DNA of 64,000 nucleotides, from NCBI GenBank assembly GCA_002633005.1, contig NMRA01000290.1, forward strand, positions 250,748 to 314,747. The letters run 5' to 3'. Source of the stretch: Phoronis australis (taxonomy: Eukaryota > Animalia > Phoronida). The position numbers were made by a program, and so were the translations under genes. Shown in pieces: positions 25,301 through 40,300 of this stretch (positions are counted from its first letter, which is position 1; each line of letters begins with the position of its first letter). A model generated the notes under the pieces. The model searched no databases. It was not told the origin of the DNA and saw only the letters and a program-made list of their open reading frames with translations.

Positions 25301-28300
25301 TCAGGCTAACCTTACCTGTAGACATGGAAATCAAACAAAACTTGTAGACAGACACACCATACACCAGTTCATTCACCATGTTAGGGCAGATGTAGAAACT
25401 GAAACACATGTTTAAATATATTTCAATAAAATAATCAATATTCAATTTATGTGGTATCAATGAAGCATTCGACAAACATTAGAACAAAAATACAGTACAA
25501 TATCTTCTACTTAAAAGTGCAGTATGACAGAAAGGATAAGTTTCATTTCATTAACGTTTTTAACAAAAATTAATTTTCGACGATTTTTTACTTTTAGAAC
25601 ATTTTGACAGCAATTATGGGGAATTTTATAAATGTAATAATTGGTAAATGACAAATTTTGAATGTTTAGATTTGAAGTAAATTTACTGTGACAATTTTGA
25701 CATTTCTTTGGATTTGATGAAATTTTAGTGTGCTGGTAAAAGAACTTATTTCTTACAGTGCAAATAAAATTCAGGCAAGTCGACATTCTTGTAAAATTTC
25801 TTTCAATTTTGCATACTAGAAAATGAATTATTTCCCAAGATAAGTATTAAAGGATTGAGGCATGTGGGTCTATTGCACAAAGTGAGTGTTTTTCAAGTCC
25901 ACAAGCGGTACAAAAATGAAATACCATTATGGAAAAAATGTTCATCTCAAATCAGAAAACAGTAAAGTATACTCCTTTTATGACAAGTTTCACAAAGTCC
26001 TAAATTGAAGAGATCCTCTGAAATCATGAAGATTTGCCTTTTTTATCTTCTAAACATAACATGATAACTAAATTTACTAAATAATCAAAGAAAAGTACAT
26101 TAGGCAACATAGACATTTAAAATTATGTAGGACCTTATCAACCAGTCTGTACATTTAGCCAAGTATCAGAAACAATAAACTTGGCTCTATAAAAGTAGTA
26201 CATACCGTAAACGTTTGGGTTAACGCCCATGCTCAGTTAACCGCCCACCCCGTACTTTAGGTGGATTTTCGATTTAACCGCCCACTGCTCGGTTAAGCGC
26301 CCACCTCCGATTTTTGAAGACTTCCAGTTAAGCGCCCACCTCTTGGTTAACCGCCCACATCCGATTTTTTGGGTTTGCCAATTTAACCGCCCAGGGCATT
26401 AACCCGAACGTTTACGGTATTTTCCAAGGAGACTAATTTTGACTTGATAGTAATCTGATATGAATAGGATTAGGCGACCAACAAAACGAGTTACGTGACT
26501 TGGTAAAATTTAGCAAAAAAGAAAGGTACAGACAAATTAAAATAAAGCATCAATAACAAGATCAAATTTCATTTGATATAAATGTTCAGATTTACACTAG
26601 TCATTTTTGTGTGCAGTTTAAGAGTTTTTTCACAAAAATCGTGAAAGTCTTATTTTTTGATAGCCCTCTCAGTTAACCGCCCACCCCGTACTTTAGGTGG
26701 ATTTTCGATTTAACCGCCCACTGCTCGGTTAAGCGCCCACCTCCGATTTTTGAAGATTTCCAGTTAAGCGCCCACCTCTCGGTTAACCGCCCACCTCCGA
26801 TTTTTTGGGTTTGCCAATTTAACCGCCCAGGGCGTTAACCCGAACGTTTACGGTATTTTCTAAGGAGACTAATTTTGACTTGATAGTAATCTGATATGAA
26901 TAGGATTAGGCGACCAACAAAACGAGTTACGTGACTTGGTAAAATTTAGCAAAAAAGAAAGGTACAGACAAATTAAAATAAAGCATCAATAACAAGATCA
27001 AATTTCATTTGATATAAATGTTCAGATTTACACTAGTCATTTTTGTGTACAGTTTAAGAGTTTTTTCACAAAAATCGTGAAAGTCTTATTTTTTGATAGC
27101 CCTCTCGTAAAGTGAACGTTTCATATGAATCTGACCAGCTATTAGCCACATTTGGAATATAAATAGGTAAATAAAACAACAAGAATGAATCAGCTGAGAT
27201 TTCCGGATATAATAACATCCTTTGTCAACAGAAACAGAAATAAAGTAAAATCAAACACTATATGACAATTGGACATCTTTATAGAAAAATGTCTAAATAT
27301 GGCCAATTTTAGAATATATTTCCAGAAACGGCTGATCAGATTCACATTAAACTCAAAACAGGACACTATGCTTCATGGAATATTCTGCAAAACGGTGTTA
27401 GGAATTGTTTTCGAAATGTTGCACTTTTGCATGAGGGGCTATCAAAAAAGGACTTATATTGGTATCGGGGTATTTGACTTTCATTAAAAATTATTTAAAG
27501 CTGCATGAATCCAAAACGAAACCATAATTTAGAAAAATTTAGTACCATTTCTTGAGATTATACCTTGAAGATTCATATCGTATGAAATTGGTCATGTTAT
27601 TGATCATGTTATTTTGCTAAGAAAGTACCTTTCTTTTTGCTAAATTTCCCTAAAAAAGCATGTTCACATGACCTAATTAATGGCAGACTAGTGTAGAGTC
27701 AAAAATGAAATCGTATAAAATTTCTGCTCTCAGAAAACAAATACTTTTGCTGTATTAAATTCTATAGTTTTGTAGATCTTTTACTAAAGGTATGAATAGT
27801 GCCGTTTACACTACAAAAGTTGACACGGATCAGCTGACATGGAACAAGATGTTCCAGTGTGTAAACCGGACTGACACGAAGCAAATGAAGACACGAAATT
27901 AAGCAGTCATGAGTTAACACAACGGAGTGACTATGTAAAAATTATTCCACATGTCAAAAAGCAGGAAAATCTGATGTTGTAGCAGGATGCAGGACAAAGA
28001 TACAAATGGCGTCACAGCCTTGCCAAAACAGGGCAGTTGACAACTACGCTCTATCTCAAAAAACATTCCAGTTTGCGTAAACTTATGTTTACATACATAC
28101 ATTATTCTTCACGTATTCAGCACAAAACATGGAAGACGAGTAAACTTTTACTTGTTAAAATTCTCAAACAAAAATAATTAAAAAAGTTCTCATCTATTTA
28201 GTAGTCTAGTTTGTACTGTGGAGATGCTATAGAACAACCATTGGTAAAGTTTACAATATCTGCAGCAAGGTAACCGAGCTATGAAAAAAAGACAATTCTG

Positions 28301-31300
28301 GCAGTCGTTTTTGTACGAAATAACTGAAGATCTATGTACATACTGTGGTTGTGTCAGTTTGCACTGTGTCAGTTGACAGTGTCATGTACAGGGTAAATAA
28401 ATGATACAATTAGTCAAGAAGATTGACCTCAGATAAACTCTGTCTTGTTGTTCTTAAACACAACCATGTGACAGTCTTACCAAATACCAGTAAATACTGT
28501 CACATGACTGTGAAATCGGATGTGGGATAGAACATTAGTTGCAGGCATTCCAAAATGAACAAGCAGGATGTTTGGACAAATGATACTAGAAGAACGGAAA
28601 AATGTCCATGTACCCCAAAAAACAGAAAGCCAGCAGCCTTTTTAGTCGTGTCTCTCTGAATGGAACAGAGAAATACTGAAAATAACGTGGAAAAGCAAAA
28701 AAAAAACAGTCACATGTAAACTTAACACCATCAGTATACACACACAAATACCAATCAAGATTGTCCAAAAAGCATCTCGTGCAGGAAGTAATACAGAGCG
28801 CTAATGAAAAAGCAGGATAGTCCCACTAAAAGCAGGACAGTTGGAACCTTAAACTGCTGTAGTTGAAACTGCCAATGTCTAAAAAGAAAAGCTGGCCATA
28901 CATATATAGCCAGTAAACAATATTTCAGAGATGGTGCATCAGCTCAGGATCTAGCCGGGGGTCTCATCCTTTCACTCAAATCGAACTCGAAATTATTTTT
29001 TGACATTTTCTATTCAGCTTTTGTATGTGCAAACACAAGTTTAAAGTGTCTGTGCTCGAATACATAATGGCTAAAGCAAATAACTGTCGTAGTTTGCACT
29101 AGATGACCACAACATTTAGACTAAAAGTTCGAGGTCTGAGTTCAAAATTTCGAGTGTTTACTCAAAATCTTGAGTTTTTATACCAGTTTGTAGCATGAAA
29201 CCAGTGGTCGTCAAGTGCAAACTTGGAGTCGAAACTCATACGCACAAACTGTAATGTACTCAATACAGAATAATTGACAACTTATCTTGACTTCACACAA
29301 AAATAGAACAGAAAGTGGCAAAAATAATTTTGAGTAAAAAGATTAGACCCTTGGCCCAGAGTGGTAAAATGAGAAAAAAACATTCAAGCCAGAAAGCCCA
29401 CAGATCTCATTCACAAGATTAAATATCTTTTGAAGTTTCCTTGAAACTTGAGCTGAAATGTTATGAAAACTTGAATGAGGTCAATGTAAAGCAATTTTCC
29501 AGAAACGAGTGACAACAAGATATAAAAACAGACAGAATGAAAATTTGTCAATTAGGCGCACCACAGTCCAAAAATTGTCAATAGGAACACATAATGCCAA
29601 ATTTTATGAAGATCCATCAAAGAAATAAAACACTGAAGCAAAGAAAACAAAAACTGCCACTAGGAGGGGCTACAATGGAACATCCAAAAATTATTGTCGT
29701 CCATCTTTTACAAATACAGCAACAGATGCCAGTTGCCTGAGGCCGTCCAGAGATGACAGTAATATGCACCAATTTATATTACAATATTATTATATATTAT
29801 GGGGATGCAGAAAAACGGTTTTTAATATTACCTTCTTAAAACCCTAAATATCAACTCAGTGGTGCTTTCGGAAATATGGCGTATGTGAACGAAAAACGTG
29901 CCAGTGACATTGAGATGGAATGAGGATCAGTACATGTAGTGAGGATTGTCGTTATGAGTACCAATGGTACCAGTACTTAAACATTTTGTAGATAAGCCAA
30001 AAATGTGCTGAAATAAAACTGCCTTGTTTCTCATAAAGCCAGCCTTATTTTAATTCGACACTCAATGACAAACCATTTTGGGAACCCGACAAATCACAGA
30101 AATTTTTCATTGCAGCTTAGAAAGGCCCGATGGTTTGTAATGCTCACATAATGGTGTAGCAGGGATGGTCTTCCTATCAATGTGTTCCACAAGGATTATC
30201 TTAATTACCACATATCATGCTCCCTGAAATGCCTGAAGAACAGTTGGAAAACTGTCAGATTGCCTGTCACTCTCGAAAACTCTGTTGGGTTTTGTTTTTT
30301 GCCGGAAAAAATCAGTCTGCAGTTCGCTTAGCCTGTTTCAGTAAATCAGGCTACAGGCAGAAAGTCAGAAATCTGTCTACAACTTAAAGTCAAAGATTGT
30401 AATCTGCTCAACTAGACAGAAAGCAAAACATTTCATAAAACACAAAAGATAAAAAATCAACTCTTGGCTATATGTAGTCAAAAGACAAATGCCAATAAGT
30501 CTCTATAGTCTCGTCCACAGTCAGCCTACCCTAGAACTTGCACTAGTGCAACTTACACACTCTTGAGTGGAGCATCCACAAACACATGTTTGATAATTAA
30601 GGTAAGGCAGAAGTTGCCACTCTGGAAACTGTCACTCTGTACATGACAATGAACACCTAATACAAGTATGACATGCAAAAGAAAACCCGTCTGTATGTAA
30701 CCGCAGCTAATAATAACGTCCACCTTGTCCCAGGTTTGCGGCCACAGAGGAATTAGAAGTGGCGCAGGTTACCCTAGAACAAGTTACCCTACGAGTAACT
30801 TGTTCTAGGGTAAATTATCTGTGTGTGGACGCCACCAAGAGCTGGCTGTGAGTTTAATTTGTCTAAAAAGGTTTTAGTTAAGACTTCCAACAAACATTCA
30901 GCCAAAGGGACAAATTTGTACTTACAACCGTTGCTTTTCTCGCCGCAATTACATCAGTCAGAAATTTCTCAACAAAGGCAACTTTCTTGAAAAAAAGTCG
31001 ACCGTCACTTGTAAGTCTGTATATAAAATCTGGTATAAGCCAAGTTACCCTAGGACAAGTTACCCAGCTCGAAAAGGTGGAGTGAGTTATCACAAGTGGA
31101 GTAAGCTGCACCAGTTTAAGTAGTGTCCAAAAAGCCTCCAAATCTTGATCGACAACTCGATCCAGGAGTAACTTCTTCTAGGGTAAGTCTGGAAACACAC
31201 CTGTTGAAACCATTGATACACGGTTTCAAAACTAATTGAAAAGTTAATTATTTTGCTCAAAGACGGAGCTTGTAATGAATTGGTCATCCAAAATTCCAGA

Positions 31301-34300
31301 ATTATGACTGATGACAAACCATCACTCACCTCAATGTTACACACTGTAAGAACTATAAAAAATCGTTGCATCAGTGGCTGCCATTAATTTCTACAAGTTT
31401 ATCAACTGCCAAGTTTATGTATATTGTACAAATATCTTGTCGCTACCTGTCATTATAATTATCATTAATGTGTAAAGTGGAACTATGAGTCTTTAATGCA
31501 ATTTCAGTGTTCCAAACTTTAGAGACACAGCCAAACAGGAGAATTTTTTAGGGGAAGTGACAATTAATAAATAGCAATTCACAACATTAACCACCAGCAT
31601 AGGACAGAAAATGTGTATTAAAACCCATGAGTTTAAAAATTTCAAAATTACCACATAGAGAAATTCATGGTTCAAACACGTTTTGCTTTGGCTAAGAACA
31701 CAGATACCAACTGGAAGTCACTATAATCTGTTTCACAACTGGACTAATAATGATACACTTGAAGTACATACATCATCAGTGGAGCAAATGATATGATTGC
31801 TATTACTGTCAGGGAAGGCCATCAACAACTATTATATTCCCTGTTTGCAAGTTCAGAAAATCTTATCTCTGAGGCCATACTAAAAAGTGAAACTATATCA
31901 TAAATAACCCAAAGATTAATTGTTTAGATTTGTAAAGTAATTTTATCTATGTAGTCTTGTCAGTTATGATGCTGTCTGGCTAAAAATAAAACAGCAGATT
32001 TAGTCAAAGTAAGTGGCAACTTTCCAGATGAGCTTGCGTGAAGAATGGTTGAAAAAACTGTAACTCCTTTTGGGAGACTCCAACAACTCACTGGCAGACT
32101 CCATACACAGTGTTCACATGAAAACGTTTCAAATAACCCAGTAATTTACAGTCAACCACTAAATTAGACTCATCAGTCATGTGAACCCAGAATTAGTCTT
32201 ATTGTTTAAACACAAATCTCATCAATTAAGGAAACAATATGACAGACCAGGCTATTTTGTCATTTTATTATATACCAGTAAAGTATAAGTTAAAACTAAA
32301 TAAATGATTTGTTATTTTAAATTTCTATACCATAGCTAACAGACAATGATTTGAGAATATGTGGATATTCACAACAATATAAGAAGCATTTGAAAATCAA
32401 TAAAGGTCAATTATGGTGATTATTTTTGTCCAATATTTTCAGAGAATTTACCTAGCGATGTTGTATATGCCTTATGTCACTTGAAAGGAAGAAATTTTCA
32501 AAAGTTCAAGCAAATCCATCGAGTACCCCAACCATCATGCATTTCCTGAAACTTCAGTACCACACAATCACAAGATGGATACAACATCAGCAACATGCCA
32601 ACCAGGAAGACTGGTAAATTGTTCTCCAGAATTTGATTTCCCCATTAACCCAACCTTCACTTTCTGTCCATTAGTAGCCAAGTGATGACTGACTTTCAGT
32701 CATCTGCGAAAGGTTGGATCCTGTTATGTATAGTAAAAACAGCTTCAATTCCAAAATACTGTAAAATGTCATTAAAAGATTTTTTAAGCTGGTTGCATGC
32801 TTGAATCGGTATATACCAATACTCCAACACTCGTTTAAAACCAGTACAAACCAAGTTTTTAAGGTTAAAACTTAAAACATCAAGATTTTATCACTGACAG
32901 TATGGTCTAAATAAAAAGTTGCTTTTTATCACAAGGTGCAGGTTTCTTGCCACTGCTCAAAATGTGAGGATTATTAAGAACAAAATTTCATGTATGTATA
33001 AGTATAGTCAAAGGTGGAGTACGCTGTATTATTACACAACAACTGATATTTCTGTCCCCTGACTGGCTGAAACGCAGAATGACGACAACTAACACAACGT
33101 AGTATTGACCACCTTAGTGTGAAATATCACTTTTCATTTATGGCGCCCAGAGGTCAGATGTCCATATTCATGACCTGGCCAATCAGACGTTGTTGAAACC
33201 ATAAACCCTGACCAGATACAGCGAGCAGACGATGTCACCATGAGTTATAACAAAGCATGTAAGAAGAACAAGCTAACCTAATGAAAAAAGGAAAGAAACA
33301 TCAGCTAATATGAACCTCAGGAGAGAATAATACTTCGCTTGGACTGACTGGCCTAGAGCAATAATGTCCATGTGACCAAATACCGCTCCTGAGATCCATT
33401 CAGTAATGTTTACCAGTCCATTAAATCAAATATTAGCACATACCCAAGCTTGATTCTCAACAGGAAAGAATTTCCTTTATAAAACAAACTGGCGATGAAT
33501 AATTCTGCAACACAATTTGTCTGGGTGCAGTGAAAATCAAACTACAAGATGAAAAAAGCAGTTATCGTATTCGCCGTAATAACCGCCCAGGGCGCTTAGA
33601 AAAGTTCGGTTCAGGGGGGCGCTTATTATAACCCAAGGCAGTTGCAACCTGGTCTCCGAAATGGGTGAAATCGGAAGCTAAGATTCATCAAATTTACGCT
33701 CTGTGACGTATCTGTAATCTATGAAAGACTTTCAACAAAACTGTGGTGCTTTGCTACCAAACTTTGCTGCTAAATTACGATCATTTTACAGAAAATTGTG
33801 CTGAAATCCCAGGGCGAAAACTCGCCGACTGACTGCCTCGAAATCGCCGTCTTCAATATGGTGACTTCAATGCTTGAATAAAAATAGTTTCGACTCAAGC
33901 AAATTACCCAAAATCCTCATTAAGTTTTCTAAGTAGCGTCCTTAAGATTTTTTTTAAGTTCCCATGGAGTCTGGATTAACCCCAGGTTTAAGTACAAATC
34001 TGTGCAACATCGTGCCATCTACATGTATGATCGGCAAAAATGGTATGTTGTTTTCACGTGACGTTTGTTTTGAAGTTCGTCTGCGAGTAAGCGATCGCGT
34101 GCGTGTCACCAGAGTTCATTTGCCAAAGCAGTGACCGTCTTTTGGCCAGAGCCACGCAATCTACCAAGCTAGATGTGCATTGTGTCTAAACAAATTTGCA
34201 CAAGCAGTAGGCCTAAACCAGAGCGTGTTTCATTCAGCGCTTGCCGGTCTCATGTGCTAAAAATGTTCAACAAGGCCCACATTAGTCGCCGTGTGGCTAG

Positions 34301-37300
34301 ATGCGTGCGTGACTATCTGACAGTTATTTTTCGGTGTAAGGGTGTGTATGAATTCACTGTCAGTTGTCATTTTATCGGATATTCGGCTTAAAAACACCAA
34401 TTATGGTTAATCAAACAATTCATCTCAAAAATAACGCAAACATGTTTTATAGTATTAGAAATTGTCGGAAATTAGTGCCAATATTCATTTCTTACCGATG
34501 CTATGCTACCCGTTTCATGAATGGATAGTTCCCGACTAATGTCTTTGATGACAGGTTCATACATGTTGCTGTGCGCTTCCTGGCCACGTGCATTTAACAC
34601 CAAGTTATTTTTATTCATGAGACAGTCGATGTGTCTGTACTGAAAGGTCAGACCATAGTGGGACACGGTCGTTGCAAGAGTAGCAACACTGTTGCGTTCT
34701 TTTTGAAGCGCTGCGTTACTTTGAAGTGTATAGTCACGGCTAAATACAAACATAGCAGTGCCGCTGGTGGTCTAGAAGACCCGTGCAAAAAGTTTTTTGA
34801 TAAACTGAAGATGTTACTGTAGCCGAGTTTTAGGACTGTAGGTACGTCATTGTTCACATGTACACGTTCATGGACTGGGCGCTTACTTCAGTAAAGTCTG
34901 AAAACGCGTGGGGGGGGCACTTATAGGGGCATGGGTGGTTATTACGGCGAATATGGTAGTTCTTCCACAAATTATTTGACAGAGAATATTTTCTTCAGTC
35001 ACATCCTTTACTCCTTAGTAAGTAAAGCAATAACAAAGACACTAACAAGAAAGTATAGGAAATCTGTTTCCAAATGAGAATAATGTGCAATTCACACAAA
35101 CAACAGCCTGACCACAACTGAAACGCACATCCCAAAGAATAGCACATCCCAAAGAATATTAAAAATGCACGTTTTTCAGTCAACCGTGATTACATTTGAA
35201 GTGATCTTAAGCCCATGTTAGATTCATGTGACAATGAGATTACCGAATTATCTTTCGAATAAAATTGGAAATCACGTCTGACAGACCGTGGCTGGTAAGA
35301 ACAAGAAATTTTATTTATGAGTGCAGCACAGTCCAGACTGACAAACAGGTATTGTTAGAGTACCCTAGGGCTCGCCATCTCCAAGCAGAACTTGCCATTG
35401 TCCAGTTATAACTGTGCCAGTAACTGGTTTAACTAACCCTTATCCAAATGGCCACATGCTTATTGGACGCTATGTTTCAGTTCACATTTTAATAACGTAG
35501 TGGTTGCCATAGAGAAAAAACATGAGTATTCAGTGGAGACATCCATTGGGAGATTATAGTTCCAATACACCTTGTGAGTAAAAACTACAACACTTAAGCT
35601 ATGCTGCCATGAATAAGCGATTACTGGTAAACTGCAATTCAACCTGTTTTGCAGTCGCATCATATTTCAAGTCCATTACAGAGGAGTTTCAATGTTAAAA
35701 AACTTTACTATGCCAAAGCAGTCCCATGAATTGGTGTCAATTATTTGGCAAGTGGTTCTAAACATTACACAGAAGCCTGAGGGCAACAGAGTATCAGTCA
35801 AGAAATTTTCCAGTCATTCACTCCAGATAATCTTTTACAATACCCATTAATCTTGTCACAAGAACAAAACATCATGAATCAAGCTAACTGGGGTTATCAA
35901 TCTATCGTGATCAGGAAATTTTTTAGACTAATTTGATAAGAGTTATTGATCTAATTCATTTTTTGTTCCTACACAGGATAAAATGCAGCTTTAAATATAA
36001 CTCTTTTTACATTATTCTTAGTTAAAATGTGTCTCATAATATTGAGACACCCTGTATTATGACAGTCCCACTGCATTATGCACACATTCCCTATTAGACT
36101 GACAGGGTCAATAAATACCTAGTATGTACCTAACCTAGAGCAGAATTACATGTTCAAACTACTTTAGATCTCATTATCTTCAGGTTGATGAGCTTTTGAC
36201 AGACGTTCAACAACCTAGTTTGCAAGCATGTTTATAACTTGCTCAGTCTAAGCTAAAACACCTTTACCAAGTGCTGTTAAGTGATAAAAGTGCAGTGAGG
36301 GTCATTGGATGATAGTGCCTGCCATGCAGCCAAGACTAAGGGAAGGTAGCACAATGAAAATATATTAGTATGAAAATCACTATTTCTCTACAAGTACTGA
36401 TTTCACAAAGGCTAGGCTTAATATTTTTCTCATATATTATCACTTCTTAGTCAAGATTATTGGTTTTATTCATCAAGAAGTCATAACAGAATACCTAGTA
36501 TTCTATAGCGGAGTTGCAACCGAATCGATTTNACAGTCACGCTTACGTGGGGGCTGACGCAAGAAATAGTAAACAGCCAGCGACATTAGTTAAATCTGCT
36601 AACGCCAGTTTGACTGAGATGCAATACGCGAAAAACAAAATTTGACTAGCAGTTTTTTATTACCTCAAGATCATACACAAACTTACATTATTACCAACCT
36701 TTGAATTCAGAAATCGATAGGCAGCAACGAAATCGGTAATCCAGTAAGGAACTTGTACTGTCCCTTCGGTCACCACACATCCTCTATAACCCGGCAGTTA
36801 CATTCATCAAAATCTTGAGAATTTGACATCTTTCCGTGAGTTGTGCGATTTGTTCAAAATACGAGAGCTTCCCACCTTAATAGAATTTGGAGGGTTGGCA
36901 AAACCATGGTCACGTTTCTCTGGCCTGATTTTATCGAATATATGTTTTATCTTGTGCACTACAGATGGAAACTCAGCGCGGCAGACAAAGTCGCTGAAAG
37001 CGGAGGTTTTGACGCCGGCGGCGTTCTTAAACTTTGCAAACATGGGAAGAAAATAAAGTGACAAAAATGTTCAAGTATTATATTTTGAAGTGAGCCCATG
37101 ACCCAAGACAGTAACTCGTTACTTGAATTGTAATTCACATTGCTAAACCACCGTCTCGGAAGCCCGGCATCGTTGCGCTCATTGTGATCATCGATCTTTT
37201 CTAAAAGTCGGGGAATCGCGCGTTTCCTTAGCACTGGGCGCTAAATCTTCTTTCTTGAAAAGTCGGGATGGGCGCTTAACCGAGAGGTGGGCGCTTAACT

Positions 37301-40300
37301 GGAAATCTTCAAAAATCGCAGGGGGGCGCTTAACCGAGCAGTGGGCGGTTAAATCGAAAATCCACCTAAAGTAGGGGGTGGGCGGTTAACTGAGCATGGG
37401 CGTTTACCCGAACGTTTACGGTAATTCATTTTTTGTTCCTACACAGGATAAAATGCAGCTTTAAATATAACTCTTTTTACATTATTCTTAGTTAAAATGT
37501 GTCTCATAATATTGAGACACCCTGTATTATGACAGTCCCACTGCATTATACACACATTGCCTATTAGACTGACAGGGTCAATAAATACCTAGTATGTACC
37601 TAACCTAGAGCAGAATTACATGTTCAAACTATTTTAGATCTCATTTTCTTCAGGCTGATGAGCTTTTGACAGACGTTCAACAACCTAGTTTGTAAGCATG
37701 TTTATAACTTGCTCAGTCTAAGCTAAAACACCTTTCTCAAGTGCTGATAAAAGTGCAGTGAGGGTCATTGGATGATAGTGCCTGCAATGCAGCCAAGACT
37801 AAGGGAAGGTAGCACAATGAAAATATATTAGTATGAAAATCACTATTTCTCTACGAGTACTGATTTCACAAAGGCTAGGCTTAATATTTTTCTCATATAT
37901 TATCACTTCTTAGTCAAGATTATTGGTTTTATTCATCAAGAAGTCACAACAGAATACCTAGTATTCTATTGTGGAACAACAATGCTGCTGATTTCATTGA
38001 CAAGTGAAATGACTGTAAATACAGGACCCACATGTTGACTATAGGTTGTTAGTCCCACTTGGTGGTTACCATTGACACAGGCACTGACCTAAAGCAAACA
38101 ATGCTTGTAGTGTCATTAGATGTAAAAACACCCAACATTTTTACTGAATGGGGAAATCTTTTTAAGATTCATTGCAAACTGATATGGATCACAGCTGAGG
38201 CTGCTACTTTAAAACCTGGGTTCCGGTCTTTTCATTTGAGACCACTTTCTGCTAAATCAGAGGCAAAGGATTATGGTCACAAGTCGAGTTTCTGAATCAA
38301 TTGATTCCCCACCACCATCCTAATTTTGCTGTTGTTTCGCAATCTAATACACTAAACTGAGCTGTTTATTTCTTAACACCATACGCCTACACAGTACTAC
38401 TGGTAGAAATATCTCAACAGTTTTCATGGGGGATGCAAGAATAATATTATATTATTTTGTTACAAACAATTAATGTTTAGTTAGTCTGGCTGGCCTCTTC
38501 AATGAAAAATACTGCACCCCAAGAAAGCCCTGAAGACGGAAATTCACATAGGACAATGAAATAAGGCTGAACTATTGTCGGTGGCAACTCCCCTGGTTTG
38601 CGGAGTTTTGGTCAGTGTTCAGACAGGTATCAGTGGGAAAGTGGAAATCCCAAATTTAACAACTGTTTACATACCACATTTGAGAAGGTTTGGTCAAAGG
38701 ATCGCAGACAGAGCTGGTGCGACAAAAAATGGCTGTCACAGCGCCACAATGCGTCCAATTTCGCTCACAAACCAGAGTCCTCGAGTCACTGATTAGATGA
38801 ACATTGTATGTAAAATAAATATCAATTAAACGAAAAATGCAATCTCTAGCACAAATGCGATATTAGCCAACAAAGTGCAGCAATAAAAAGACAATAAAGG
38901 AACAGTCATTTGAATAATTCGAGACCAGTAAGTCCTAACGAGAAATGGATGACACAATACAGAGAGCACTTTAGCGAATATTTTCAGAAAGATCCGTCAA
39001 AGGATTACCCAAGATATGGCATGAAAATCCAGTCAATTATCGAGCAGTCACAGGAAAATCTCAAATAACTTGAAACAGTAAGTCATAGAGAAAAACAAAT
39101 TGCTCACTTCCTACAGCGCTTGAAATGATCTATCCACTGAAAAAATTCAGAAAAATCCTACCAGAAAGAGTGGAGCTGACACTCTACAAACTGAAACACC
39201 ACAATGCCATCTTGCACCTCATGCAACCAAACAATAAGCTTTGAGCTATTCAAAAATACACTTTTTGTGTAAATTCCGTCCTGATCAGATAAAAAAATGC
39301 GCCCTGTAGCGTGCAAATAAGAAACAAATAAATTTTCATGACAAAACAAGACTTGACTTGGACAAATTTCATTTCACTAAGTAATAAATGAAAGCTCAGG
39401 GCATAAGAGTTAGCGAAACAAGGGTTTGGCCCAAGACAGGACATTCCAAAGAGCACATGTCAATCCTAGGTGGGATATCTATTGTTTCAAAGTAGGGTAA
39501 CGTGGGACCACTTCCTAGGGAAAAGATTGAAAGTAATATGTGACAATGTGCCTCTGCATCAAAAAACGTTGCCAGTAAGTTAACATTCTGAATTTAGGTA
39601 TGACGAGGCGGTGATTGTCATTAGGTCTAGTCAAGTACTTGCATGTATCATGAATGCAAGAAAAATGATGATTACTAGTAATTCCTAGAACTTTTAGATC
39701 AGCCCTGTCATGGAGTACCGGTATTTGGAATATGTCCAAAAGAGATTTATTACAATTGCCCAATACTGTATTGCAATTACTAAAAAAGAATGTCAAAGCA
39801 TTGTAATGATCAAAGCTTTCTTGTCTGTAAATATTTTTCAAAGGATTTCCCGCTGGGAAATTTCATGTTTTGGTCAAGTCATACTCTACGGCACATTAGC
39901 TTATGTTTTAATTGGTTATACCTCCCCTTTAGCCGCATTTACATAGGAAACAGCCGTCACGGAGCAACTAAAATGGAACAGGCGATTGGGCGCAAGTGTG
40001 TGTGTAAACACAATTGACGCGGAGCAAGCTGGCCATTTTTGACATGGTTTGACAGGTTGAGCGAGTTGCACTCCATCAGGAGCTCGAGTGTCAACTACAC
40101 ATCTAAACACAACTGAGGCAGAGTGGAAAGGGGTCATCTTTCAATGCACTTGCGCAATAGCATATTTTCGGGTGATCCGCTGGTTTAGACGTTCGCTATA
40201 ATTGTTTATGTGAGCATACAAAGAAGTCTGTGTAAATGAATCATGCTGATCCAGATTGCGATCTAATGTTGTGTAAATGCGACTTACGTGAAACAAGTCG

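Noticed and set aside
38920-39470. Purine-rich, coding-looking stretch with a CxxC (possible decayed L1/Tx1 ORF2 end)
   Set aside because: Stops in the plausible frames and motifs too weak to call without a search.
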